From positions 186,001-250,000 of the forward strand of contig RSEE01000016.1 in the NCBI GenBank assembly GCA_003971905.1: DNA of 64,000 nucleotides, read 5' to 3'. The notes beneath the pieces were generated by a model. That model searched no databases. It saw nothing but the letters and a program-made list of their open reading frames with translations, and was not told the origin of the DNA. A program made the position numbers and the translations under genes. Source of the stretch: Moniliella sp. 'wahieum' (taxonomy: Eukaryota). Below, piece after piece: positions 50,316 through 62,530 of this stretch (position 1 is the stretch's first letter; every line of letters begins with the position of its first letter).

Positions 50316-51672
50316 TCACCACCACTGAGTGGGCTGGGTGGGGAAGTAGCTGGGCTGCTGAGGTGTGTGTGATGGGAAGGCGGATTGCCCGAGAAGAGGG
50401 GCAGAAAAGGCCTGCGCGCCCAAATCTATAGGAGAAGCGAGGGGCGCCGGCGTAGATAAGGCCATGTGGAGTACCCTGTCGCGCCTCCAGCCTGAGCCTG
50501 GAACGAAGTTTGGGGTTGGAAGCAGCAGCTTTGGCAGTGCAGTTTGTTGGAACGGCGCGGCGTATGGCTGAAAGGCAACCTGTTGTTGTTGCGCAGCTTG
50601 TGGTTGGAACGGCGCTGTGTATGGTTGTTGGAAGGCAGCTTGTTGTTGCAAAGGTTGAGACGGCTGAGTTGTTGCAAACCCACCAAACGCCGTGATGCCC
50701 AAGAAACGTTCGAAGGCAAGCTGGCAGGGAGCGAGGGCCCAATAGAGGCGTTGGAAGACGAATTCGAACGCATGCCCGGAAAAGAGGGAGGTGATGCTGG
50801 CTGGGCAGGGTGGCGGAAAGAGAGCGTTGGTTAGGAAGAGGGTCGGGCTGAAAGGGTTCACGCAGGGTGGGTCGTAAATGGCCCTGTTGTGGTTGGAGTG
50901 AAAGGAGATCCGCTGGATGTGGACCAAAGGAGGAGGCCGGAGATACCGGCCCCGTAGAAGTGGGGAGCAGGTAAATGGATTGGACTGTGACCCCGTCGAA
51001 GTCGAGGTTGCGGATGGTGATATAGCCGAGGGCGGAGGAATGGATTTAGGGGGCGCAGTAGAGGAGGAGGGGCGGTCGAACGGCGGGGTGGGAGATCGGG
51101 AGGGGGTGAAGTCAGTGTAATTTGGGGGCGGGGCAAGTCGCGCGTCGAGTAGCTCGGTGGCAGCGTGGGACGGTTCTTTGGCAGAGGCGGAGGGGCTCGC
51201 CCTTGAAGCAGGGCTGGAGATAGGGTCCGTCGGTGCAGGCCGGACGAATTTGCGGAACTGGTACTTGTCTCGGATAAACTTGTCCATTTCACTGCTCGGG
51301 GACGCCAGTCGTTAGTCAATGGCCAGCATCGATCATGGGGGTGGCTAGGAGGGACGAACCAGTCGCGCTCATCATCGTTGAAGGTAAGCGGGCGGACTCC
51401 GCTAGGATTGAAGAAAGCGTTGGACTTTATGTTTCCCATTTCCCGCATGTGCTTCACCTCCTCTCGCGTCCACGAGTCGAGGGAAGTGGACTTGATGCGG
51501 GAGATGTGGGTGCCGAGGTGGCGATGAAGTGAGGCGCAGCGCATGCAGAGAAAGATGCCCAGGTTGACGCTCGCCCGCGGATGAGCCGCAGAACATTCGG
51601 CACACCGGTCGTTCCCCTTCTCGGCAAGTGCTGCGTTCAGCCGGCCTTGATGCGTGTTGCGCCGGTTGACAT
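50316..51672 (-). CDS. ArfGAP zinc-finger protein (Age2/SMAP-like) with Pro/Gln-rich tail; frameshifted; probable intron ~51293-51360
   Basis: GNDRCAEC...SVNLGIFLCMRCASLHRHLGTHISRIKSTSLDSWT, MGNIKSN, MDKFIRDKY. Confidence 0.92.
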
Positions 51673-52084
51673 GGATGGGTAAGGAGATGGTGGTGGGTTC
51701 GGAGCGCGAGGGGGCTGCGGAGCTGCGGGGCGCGCTGAGTGTCAGCGTGTCGAGGCTGAGCTCAGCTCGGGGCTGATCAGGGTGACTTAAAGCTTCAAGT
51801 GTCGTAGCACTCGCCTTTAAGCTTTAAGCTCAGTTGGAGCTAACGTGATTGACTGAAGCGCAGGCGCCGGAGACCAGTGGCTTACATCAAACTTTCACGT
51901 GGACCGCACACCGAGTACGCGGGTTACCGCCTCCTTAGGGCTTAGCCTAAGCGCTTAGCACTCGTCGCACTCTGCCTCAGGCCTGCGTCAGCGTCACGCG
52001 TCAGGCATGCATCAGGCCAGGATCAGACAGGGTTTGAATGTGACATTGGCAGTACACAGGTAAAACTTTAAGGTTCACTAAGGT

Positions 52085-55000
52085 TCACCGGTCACCACAG
52101 CGATAAAACCCGTTCAGCTTCAAATACCTGTGCCAGAACCAGGCTCTCTGTCCTCCTGCTCCGCTTCCATCCATCTCCTCATTACTACCGTCCCGACCAT
52201 CCCCATCCCCCGCAAGGCCAGCTACTGCAGACGATACATGCATGTATACTGACCATTCAACACACCCTATCCTGTCCGTTGCTCCGGTAGCAGCGCACCC
52301 ATCGCCGATCCCGGTCTTGGAGGCACCGCGGCCAAGGGGGGAGGACAGCGTCTGAGCCGACCGGCCCGGCTGCGAGTGCGACGGCATCATCGCCACCGCC
52401 TCAGTCGTGGGGCCTGGGGGCCACCCTTCGGACCATGGAGGCGGAGGCTGTTTGCCTGACGCTGGTCGCAGCAGTGTCACACACCGTCGTACCATATCCC
52501 GCGACACCTTGTCTGCCCCTTCGACCATGTCGGATTGCAGAACAGGCGTCAGGATGCGGGGCACATGCCAGAATGCATCTTGGTACGTCAAAATCGTCGT
52601 CACTGCCCTGTTGGCAGCAAATGCCTCGCTCTTGTCCGCCATTGAGACTTTGGGATAGAGGAGATTGGGTGCCATGACCAAGGCCAGGTTGGGAAGATCC
52701 ATCTTGCTCCCTGACCCTTCGTCAGGAGAGGAAGATGCAAACGTAGCCACCCAACGAAGGAACAGGGACAGGACCTCCAAAACGTCCCTGTGCACGCGTG
52801 GGAGAAGGATGGCGATGGCTTGTTAGGCGCACTCGCTCCTCCTCTGGCTCGACAGCTTGGGAACGTACAAACAGGCAGTGCAGACGGAATGTCAATAGCG
52901 GATCCGGCAGCTCGTGCAGAAATTTCTTGAGTAGCACCGCTAGCTGGATTGGCGAGTCTTCCTCCAGGGCAACCGTTTGGTCCTTGTCCAACGCTTCTAC
53001 CTCCTCCTTCAACTGGCGGATGTTACCGTTCTTGCGGAAGATGCCTTCGACCCTCATATCCTTGTTGCGCATCGTGTGGATCAACTGATCCAAAAATTGA
53101 GGGATGATCAACTCCCCCCCATACCAAGCGTAGAATGAACGCCCCCGCGCTCAATCAGGAGTTCAAGGGGGACACCGAACAGGCCTTTCTTCTTCACCTC
53201 TTTCTTGTCCTTCTTGTCAGCTTTAAACCAGCGACTCCAAAAGTTGTTCTTGCGAGTCTCAATCAAGTCCAAGAGCTCATCCAACTCTAAAACCCCTTTC
53301 AGTGGACTGTGCTCGAGATAGGCCACGGCCATATGCTTGATCGCCACCAACTCGTTTTCGCCCAGTTCCGCCACAAGTCGGGAAGTATGGAACGACTCCA
53401 CCTTGGCTTTGCTAGGCAGTGGGTCTGCGAGTGCTGGTACAGGCGAAGCCGGTGGAGCCGGCGAGCTCCAGGGTGGTCGTGTCACAGGAGTGCTGGTCGA
53501 CGGTGAGAGTGGACGGTGGAGGGCGAAGCGGTGGGGAGGCCTGGCGACGGGGCATTGCCCTGGGCGAGGCAGGAGGAGGGGAAGCGGGAAGGGGGGCGGG
53601 AAGGGGAGGAGGCAGTGGACTGGGGTTTGCCGCCCTCCTTGGATCGGGAGGGACCAAATGTTTGGCTTGGAACCGGTCGAGCAAGCGTGAAAGTGCGACC
53701 CGCAACAGAAACGCATACTGTTCCAGCAACGAGACCGCCTGTACCCCCCCGCTCGCGCCAGGACCGGCACAATCAGGGCAAAAGATCTTGGCTTGGGTTC
53801 CGATCCAATCAAAAAGTCTTCTGCAGAGTATCTCCCACCCGCCTCGAGAGGGGAAGAGCCACAGACGCTGCAGCGAAAACAGTTGTGTGCCAACGCATAT
53901 TGATACCGCGTCTCCAGCAGGTATCCTCAATTGGCAACGCACACGCTCTGCACCGGTCTGTCCATTCACCTCCGCCTTCAGGCTTAAGGTGGCGCGGGAT
54001 ACTGGCGAACCCATATGGCTGGCTCTCGTCGGGCTCCAAACTCTCTTTACCGGCAAAAGGGAAAGTTGGTCGAGAAAGTGGTTAAGCCCATTGGGTTGGC
54101 CTGGTGCAACTCAGTAAGGCCAGCAATCAAAGCAGTTCGTATGATGGCCTTGAGCTCAACCGCCATGCCGCTAGGTCCATCTCTGTCAAACGGATCGCCG
54201 AATCCATCTCCTGTGACTTGGAAAGAAGGAGGAAGAATTTGACGATTTTGCGGCAGAGGGTGCGGGCATGGGCAATGAGGCCGCAGGTGGTGGCACAGCC
54301 AACGAGGAAAGAAGGACCTCCACGTGCAGATGAAAGCTTGAGCAACACAGATCACGTCTCCAAATCGTCGGTCCGACACATCGCGCATGATTTTCATGAC
54401 GAACGTGGAGGTTGATTCTTCAAACGCACTGAGGATGGTCCAAATCCGATACACGCGAAGCTCCACAGCTTGTTGCTGCGCCGCAAGCGAAGCAGGGGTC
54501 ATTGTCTCTTCAATCAGTAATGCATCTGCGCGCACTGGACCAAAGGGTGTCCACTTCCTCCACTGGAGCAGGGTCAGGGAGGCAATCGACGGAACAGCCA
54601 TGCGGATATTCCATAGCTTGTGAGCCATGTAGCAAACGCCATGCCATGCAGGACCGCCTTTGATAACCACAAGCTGGTCCAGGATGGCCTGCTCGCACCC
54701 AGGGCAGCGTGCGGCATGCCGGGTGGAATAATGGAAGGGACAGAGGATCAGGTTGGCATGCACAAAGTATTGGTCGAGTGGCGTATCGCACAGCGTGCAG
54801 GTGAAGTGCTCCAGATGGTACTTTCGCCCGCCCGCCTGAATCGCACCTGGCGCGCCCGGAGGGAAGAGGACGCACACCGGGCGCATGCGAGCTGGGCATG
54901 ATGCTCCTCACAAAGAGCAATGCGCGGGCCGCCGTTTGGGGCCTCGGCAGTGAAGTACTTGGCGCCGACGTTCCGCCCGCATTCCTGCGCGGGTCAGCAG

Positions 55001-55229
55001 CAGTAGACAGGGGCAATGAGGAAGGTACGTACATGGCAGGTAAAGCAATCGAGATGATAGAGCGCGTCCAGCGCCTTGACGCCGCGGTCAGAGGCAGTGA
55101 TGGGGTTGCGGCACTTGGCGCAGACGCGGGTGGGCTTATCGGGGGTGGGGGTGGCGGTAGGGGTGTGGTGGAGGCGGGTGCGGCGAGAGGAGCAGGGGGG
55201 CCTACGGGCCAGGCGAGTGCGGGGGGCAT
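52085..55229 (-). CDS. LRG1: LIM-domain Rho GTPase-activating protein (Lrg1/S. pombe Rga1-like); frameshifted; 3' end approximate
   Basis: LIM motifs CAKC..YHLDCFTC, YHLEHFTCTLC..LCPFH..CPGC..WHGVCY; KKKGLFGVPL; RhoGAP VEGIFRKNGNIRQL, LLKKFLHELPDPLL, KMDLPNLALVMAPNLL. Confidence 0.9.
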
Positions 55230-56012
55230 GGCGAGGGGGCGCAGGCGCGGGCGAGGGCGAGGGCGAGGCGAGGGCGAAGGCAAGGGCGAGGGCGACGCTC
55301 GGGAGGTCACACGCTCACTTGGGCCATGGGCTGGTTGGGTTGGGTTGGGCTGGCGGGCAGGCAAGTCAGGCAGGCGGCTGCCGCCAATAGAGCGTGCGCT
55401 GCCAGTGGCGCTCCAGGGCGCTCCAGGGCGCCCCCCAGCGGCGGCGGCCAGCCCGGGGCTGAGGTAAGCAGGTGCACCCTGGCTCAGCAGGGCAGAGCCT
55501 GAGCACTGGGCGGCTGAGCGGCTGGGCGCTGGGCCGCTGAGCATCGCTCGGCCAGGCGCCGGCATTTGGTCATTAACCGTTGTGTCCCTTGGCCATCGGC
55601 CAAGTATGCGCGGGCTCCTGCGGGCAGCAGCGCTGTCTTGGCTTTACCCGCTAGCAACGCAGACACCCGCCATGGCCGCAACACGCCTGCCTCGCACAGG
55701 GAGCAGACATACGCGGGCGGGTGCTCACACTGGAGGCTCTCAAGCGACTGCTCGCAGTTGGCGGCTCCGCAGCGCCTTCAACCGTCGCCCTTCACCCGCA
55801 ACCATTCATGCCCTGGTTTCTCCCCCGTACTGCGACAAGGAACACTGGTCTACAACAATCCGTCGAAGGAAACACGAGACGAAGGACGAAGAAGCAGGGA
55901 TCTGAATGCCCGAATGCCACACACTATACTCGTTTCTCTTAAATATAGTCCCATGTCCTCTGCCCAGTCGTAGTGTGGGGCATGATGGCAAAGGGGGCTT
56001 CCAGCCTAGTCG

Positions 56013-57966
56013 TTAAATGTAGGTATGCTTCATCGTCAAAGGTAGATGGTTGGCGCGGCGGGCCAGCTCCATTGCCCACTCATCAACTAGGATTGAGAGG
56101 CGGTGGATGGCTTGATCGGTGATTCGGGAGATGACCTGGTCGTGTTGGTAGTGGTCTGGACGATAGGTGATCTCGTGCGTGATTGCGTACATACCGCCGT
56201 GCGGAGCATCAACATCCATGGCTGCGCCTCGCAAGGTGGAGTAAGGGAAAGTAGCGAAGAAGGGTTGAGGCCAAGCCATTCCTTTACGTTCCTCGTCGGT
56301 GGGCCGGGTCATGGTCACCTTGCCCATGTAGGGTAGTAGCATGTGGAGACTCGGTATCAATGCACTTTTCACCAGGAGAATGACATGGTCTGGGCCACCA
56401 TCCAGGACGCGGGAATAGAGGTGATGGAAGGGTTCCGTTCGATATAGTACGGGTACGATCAAGCAGGGCGCGTTTCCAGTCTTTCTGGGGGAGGGGGTTA
56501 GCGTGTTGTTCTTCAACAACAAAGGATAAGGACATACTACAATAGGCTCGCAAGCCTGTAGGAGGTCGTAGACGGGCAGCGTTCCCTTGGAGTGCTTATC
56601 CCGCTGGCCATTCACGTGGTTCGTAAGTACAAATGCCCATGTGGTAAGTATCTTCTTGACATTTGGTTCGTCGTCGAGATGCCAACGTAGGCGTGTCGCT
56701 TCGCCACCACGTTGGGCTTTCTGCCGTATTCGCTCATCAATGGCTGTCCATAGCGAAAACGCGCGTGCACAGCAGAGGATAGCAAATGAGAAGGCGCGGT
56801 GGATAATATAGATAATTACCTGCCTTACGCAGGGTCACCAACACGGTCCGGAATACTCTCCACGAGGGATCAGGTCACGGCTGTAAGCGCAATGGCCATC
56901 TCGTATAGGACTGATCGCGCACAGCGTCAACGTCTGACGCTTTTTTGGTGTAATTGGGCTGCTTTTTTTGCACGAAAATCGACCAGGCAACCTCCTGAAG
57001 TTGATCGCAAATTTTTCTGGATAGGTCAGTTCAGTTGGCCTTTCAAGGGTTACACTGGAAGGCACCTACGAACTGCTTTTCCACGAACGTATCGAGGGCT
57101 GTAATCTCAGCTTGGAGAACATGCGGCACGAGATACGACAGAACCGCGCCTTGCATAGGTGGCTTGGGCCGTAACCGCTTGAATGCATCCTCCCTTTCGT
57201 TCCCTTGGAGAGAGCGCTTTACCCCCTTCTTGTCTTCGCAATGAGACTCTTGGCCGTTCGAAATGAGAAGGGGAGGTTTGTCCTTCTCCCCATCTCCAGG
57301 GTCGATGTCTCATTCTGAACCGAAGGACAGGGAGAGCCCTGTGGCGACTCAATCAAATCAAGATCCTGAGGCGGAATGTGCGAAGTGGTTGATGAACCGT
57401 TCCTCTCCGGTGAAGAAAGGGTAACATTGGATCCGGAAGCTGCACAGAAATTTGGATCGGTGGGGCGAAGAGTCGGAGAATGGAGTCCACACCACGGGAA
57501 ACGGCACGTTGCATGGGAGCGCCACCCAAAATAGACCGAACGCGGTCCTCTCGTTCATCCATGTCGGGAGTAGGAGAAGCAGCGGACAACCCACTACAGA
57601 GGGTAAGGTGCGCTTTCAGCAGATCACCCCCGGGCTGGAGACGGTCCAGGGCCAAAAGCGGATATGCGTTGAGTAAGAATGTATCCCACGCATCCATACC
57701 AAGCGGAGACGAGCATGCAGGTTTGCTGGCATAGGCAGCAGCTCGTTCTTAGCCAGCGACGAGGTCACCACGCGGGGGCACAGTGGGCATTGCCTGAGAC
57801 AGCGAGGAGACCCGCGCCGCCTCACGCAGGACGGAGCGGATACTCTCCTCAAAATCGTTCTTGGGGGGGGGGGGGGGTACACCTGTGGTTAGCTCAATCC
57901 AAGACGATGTTGCAAGGCAATACACACAAGTGCTTGGGCGAGTGGATCAGTAAAGTCAACGGCCAT
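56013..57966 (-). CDS. Hypothetical protein, paralog B of the family at 47361-49327; frameshifted
   Basis: Exon1 MAVDFTDPLAQAL with the same intron position; shared DAWDTFLLNAYPLLALDRLQPG and LLPYMGxVxMTxPT, L..L.DEW. Confidence 0.6.
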
Positions 57967-58615
57967 GATGGCAGAGGTGGTGACGATGGCTGCGTGACTG
58001 AGTACCGATTGAGGATGGAAATTGGATGGGGATGCGAGTGTGATAAGTGGTTGAAATCTCTTACAACGCTTTTTATTTCCGCCCCACCACTCCACCGGGG
58101 GGGGGGGGGACTCGGGCCCTCAGGCCTGAGCCTGGACCTCAGGGCTCAGGCTGAGCGCGCTGAGTTTCAGGACTGGGAGGGGGGTGGGCACACGGGCTCA
58201 GCGCTCAGGGCGCTCAGGCCTGCTTAACCTGAGAGCCCAAGTCCTAGTGATGCATCAATGATGCTGGATGAATAATGATCGATGATCGCGATTGCTGGCT
58301 ATTCCGGCCATTCATGGCTATGCAGGCTATGCAGGCTATGCGTCTGAGTCCCACAGGTGTAGGAAATCCCAGAGTAACCTCTGGCAGTGGCAGGCGAGCA
58401 AGGCAGGGGAAGAAGCGGCGTGGAAGCAATCAGGGGGAAGGAGCCCGGAGGCGCAGCAGGAAGGGGCGGAACCGCCCCATCATCCGCATATCAGCGCTCA
58501 GCGCGCGCCCAGCCATCGCTGCTATACAACATACGAGAACTGCACGGCCCAGACTTGTTAACAGCACAGTTTATATTGTAGTCCTCAAGGGGGCAAATTC
58601 CCTAGAGGGTAGAGC

Positions 58616-59396
58616 TTAGAGCTTCTTGGCCTGGACCAGAGCCTCCACTTCGGCAATAGCGTTGTCGAGGATCTGCTTCTGGAGAGAAGGGTCCTTAAGC
58701 GCGCCCTGCACTTGGCTCACCACAGTCTTGGCCAGCTCCTTCTGCTCCTCGTCACGAACCTGCGCCTCGTACCGCACCCACGAGTCAAGCACCGTCTTCA
58801 CCTCAGCGGCAAGGGCAGTCTTCTGCTGCAGTTCGAAAACCTGGGCCTCAGTCTGAGCCGTGTCCTTGGCCAAGGCGTACAGGCCCTTGGTCACATTCAC
58901 AACGTCCTTCTGAGCCTCAACGGCAGTGATCCGGTCCTGAATCGACTGGGCGTGGCGCTCACGAGCGTCCGTAAGCATTTGGGTAATACGCTACATATCC
59001 AACATTAGTACTCTTGTCCACCGCGCAAGGAAGCAGAACCAATAAAGAGAGTAGGAAGACGTACAGCAGCGCTCGAGTTGGCCCACTCATTAAAGGGACC
59101 ACCCCCCTTCTTGACAATCGTCGTGAGGACAATCAAGAACCCGGCAAGGATGACGGTGTCGTCGTTCAGAACGTAGATCTCGTTGGAAACGGCAGCAGCG
59201 AGCAGTCCACTACCCAGGGTAAGCCAGCCGGTCTTGGCCACCACCGAATCACCCGGCAGCAGGTCAATCAGGGCCGACGCTTTGGTGGCCGGTGCGGGCT
59301 TGGACGAGGAAAATCGCACCTGGCCCACTTGGCTCACCGTGGGCACGGCAGCTGCGAGACGGGGTGCCGAAGAAGCGTGCGCGTAGCAATCGACAT
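58616..59396 (-). CDS. ATP4: Mitochondrial F1Fo ATP synthase subunit b (subunit 4)
   Basis: KASALIDLLPG..KTG..SNEIYVLNDDTV; intron 58991-59064; EVKTVLDSWVRYEAQVR..EQKEL; one frameshift in the presequence. Confidence 0.95.
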
Positions 59397-59791
59397 GATG
59401 GCCAGCGGTGGAGGAGAGCCAATTCGATCCGGCTTTGGCCGAGGTCCTGGCAACTGGGCGGGCTTGCCAGCTGGCGCATTCTCGCAGAGGGGCAGTGCAA
59501 AGCATCCCGCAGCGGGGAAGTGTCGCGCTGACGAAGATTGAGCGGAATTGGGATTCCGTCCCTCTCTCGCAACAACGCGCAACCCTACTGGGGTGCTCAG
59601 CGCGCTCATCCTGCGCTGTAAAATCAACCATCGATGATCACCGATCAATGATCTGAGAACTGGCGTTGGCATTATGATAGCGCGTATATATAACGCGTTT
59701 TGCGGAGAGCGCGTTCGCCAGCGATGTAGTCGGTCAACCAGAGAGAAAGGCGGCTAGGATGCTGACGAATTGACTATACAAGTCAATCTTC

Positions 59792-60520
59792 TCAATCCAT
59801 GGGGAAGCTTTTGATCCGTAGACTAAGTGGGGGGGACCATATTAGCGTGTGGAATGTGTCACAGTCGTGGCTTAGGCGAGGGAGACCAGAATCGGGACCA
59901 GGCCAAGGGGTGTAGCAATCGGTCGTGGGGAAGAAGCGAGAGCACAGAGAACATGGTGCGAAGTGGAAGAAACAGGGAAGGAACGAGACGCTCGAGACGA
60001 AGAAATTGGAAATGGAAGCGAGATCAGCCAAACTATGACAGTCTCGAAGAGGTTGAAGATGATGGGGATACCAATAGCGGGGTAAATCCACGTAGCGGAA
60101 TTCGCGGAACTTTTCGCGCAATGGCGGAGTTTGTAATCAAGCATCTCGTCGTTTTGCCCAACACCACCATCTGACGACCATGATTGCCGGCATTGGGCGT
60201 GGGTGGCGCCACCTCCGCTGGTCACTTTACGAGCGCCCAGGATTTACATTCATGGTACTCGCTTGCTTCTCCACTCCTTGGATCACCGCCGTTGGCGTTA
60301 GCGTTCTGAACAAGTTCGATTATCAACGCCCTATCCCCCTCCCGCGCTCTTACCCTTGTACGTGTTTACCTTTCCTCTGGCCTTAGGGGCGCGCTCAATG
60401 CTGCTTGCTCTTGCATTTGGAGAGGCGTTACGATGAACATGAAACCAATTGGCTAACGTGTCTCCCCAGTGCCAGAAGGTCCGCGCCAAAAGATCACGGG
60501 GTACGAGGATGACGAGTAAA
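59792..60520 (-). CDS. Possible small membrane protein, fragmented; function not recognised
   Basis: Hydrophobic segments across frames (IYPAIGIPIIFNLFETVIVWL) and an intron-like segment ~60311-60384. Confidence 0.25.
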
Positions 60521-60645
60521 CGTTGAAAAGCATGTTTTTTGGCTCCAATATGCTTGGAACGTCTGCCACCATCTGTTTTGTGATGGATTGACGCCCACCC
60601 ACCCTGAAAAGTTTGTTTTCACCCGGGAGAACGCCATGTAACTTT

Positions 60646-62530
60646 CTATACCGCTACGCCTGCAACACAGGCCACACTTGCCAAGCTAAAACCATCAACT
60701 GTTATCACATAGATTTTGGGTTTCATCGGATTGGGATCCGAGGGGGCCAATGGAGCAGCTTGCCGAGTGAAAAGGGCAGCAAACCTTTGTCTTCCTTTGA
60801 AAGCAGCTGTTCCACCACTCACATCATTTCCGCCATCGGTTTGGCGCCCATAAGAGAGTTGAAACAGGTTGGCCAACTGGAGGAGACAGGCCACACTGGT
60901 AGGATCGAACGTGGTTCGGTCAAAACCTGCAAGGCCCAGGTCCCCAACGGTTGAGGATGGGGGATGGGCAGACTGGACCCAATAGGTGATCATGTTCGTT
61001 TGGTGTCTAGAACAGAGGAGACCGGCACTGGTATAGTAGCAGGTCCAGGCACACTACCCGACTTGATCAAGGCCGTTAGATTGGCCAATACACTGGCCGT
61101 ATCCTGTGAAGTAATAGAAGCAGGAGGTAAGTTGGGGCTGAGAAAGCTGGAGATGACAAAGGCGCCGTCCCCGGACGAACATACGAGGGCGCTCTCAGCA
61201 TGGGAGGAGTGTCTGGAGGAGGCATGCCATTCGCTTTGGCTAACAGCGCAGCCACGGTGACCGGAAAAGCAGAGCGAGGCAGCTGATGCTGGCACCGACA
61301 CTGGTTCAACAGGCTCATTTCCCATCGAAACAGAATATTGCACAAGGGGGGCTCTTCTCCCCTGGTTATTCGCGCTATCCATCACTGTTTGATTTATCTC
61401 CACCGTCGCCGATGGCGCGAACATGTCTGTGCTTTCTCCCAGATCTCCAGCACCTTCTTGATTTTATCCTGGGTGAAAGAGACAAACAAATATTAGTTCA
61501 AAGTGGGGTGCAGGGGACATTGGAAGGAATGAGATAGGGGGCACATACGTGTTTCGCAGGCGGAAGGTGCCGGAGAGTGGCACCCACAACTTTGACAAGA
61601 ACTACCTCGAGGCGCTGAATCCAGGCATGGGCCAAAGCAGGAGGGATGCCCTGTAGGGCGGGGGCCCGTCCTGTAAGTTGGAGGCTTGGCGCGAAACAGC
61701 GTCGAATAGGTAAAAGCCACAGACAGTCGCTCGTGGTTTGTTCCTGTCGAGCTGTGGGCCAACGAGGGCTGCGGTGAGCTCGTCAGACCGCTCGTAGCAG
61801 GCTACACTCAGCTCCTTGGCACGCTCTGCCGTACTGGCAGAGAACTTGTTGATCATTGCCGTCTCCTAGGCCAATTTGGCCACCTGTGTAAGCTTATCCT
61901 CCATCGACATGTCTACACGTCCAGAGTTGCAAGCCTCGATGCGGTCACCGAGTGGTTGCACTATAATTTAGGTTGGCATGCAAAGAACCCCAGTGTAAAG
62001 CCTGCACAGTATAGGTTTGCTAACCCCACCTGGGCCATATTCCGAATGGCGGAATTGGGCCACAGGATCACGTGATCGTAAATTGCGGCGCCGAGGCTGA
62101 CGCAGACCGCGGGGTGGTGGGCTACTGGTTTGGGATTGGCGGCTTGCATGTCTTGGCAGGGCGGCTACACGGTCTTGGCATTTCTGGTTTACCGGGTTTA
62201 CCTGCCGTGATAGACCCCACCGTCCGTTACAAACTTGGCGTGGTTGATGTCGGGACGATGGCCATGTCTTCGCCACCACCCTCTATCACCTCCACCCTCA
62301 TCGCCTCCGCCAGCGTAACAGCTGTAAGGAGAGCATGCACATTCTCCTTGTTCTTTTGCTCCTGGCTGTTCACGTGCAGTTCGCGCTCGCCCTGCCCCAT
62401 CTTGCACGCGCTGGCAGTGGTGGCAGCTCTGACGACGGCTCCTGTGCCACCGCCTGGTCCGACGTGGGTTTGATTGCCCCCGGTGCCCTCAGTCCTGGCA
62501 CATGTGCTTGCTAGTATGTTGCTATTCATC
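60646..62530 (-). CDS. Possible hypothetical protein (chain of fragmented minus-strand ORFs)
   Basis: Consecutive minus-strand ORFs 62227-62625, 61602-61856, 60990-61424, 60646-60993 with protein-like composition; no family recognised. Confidence 0.3.
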
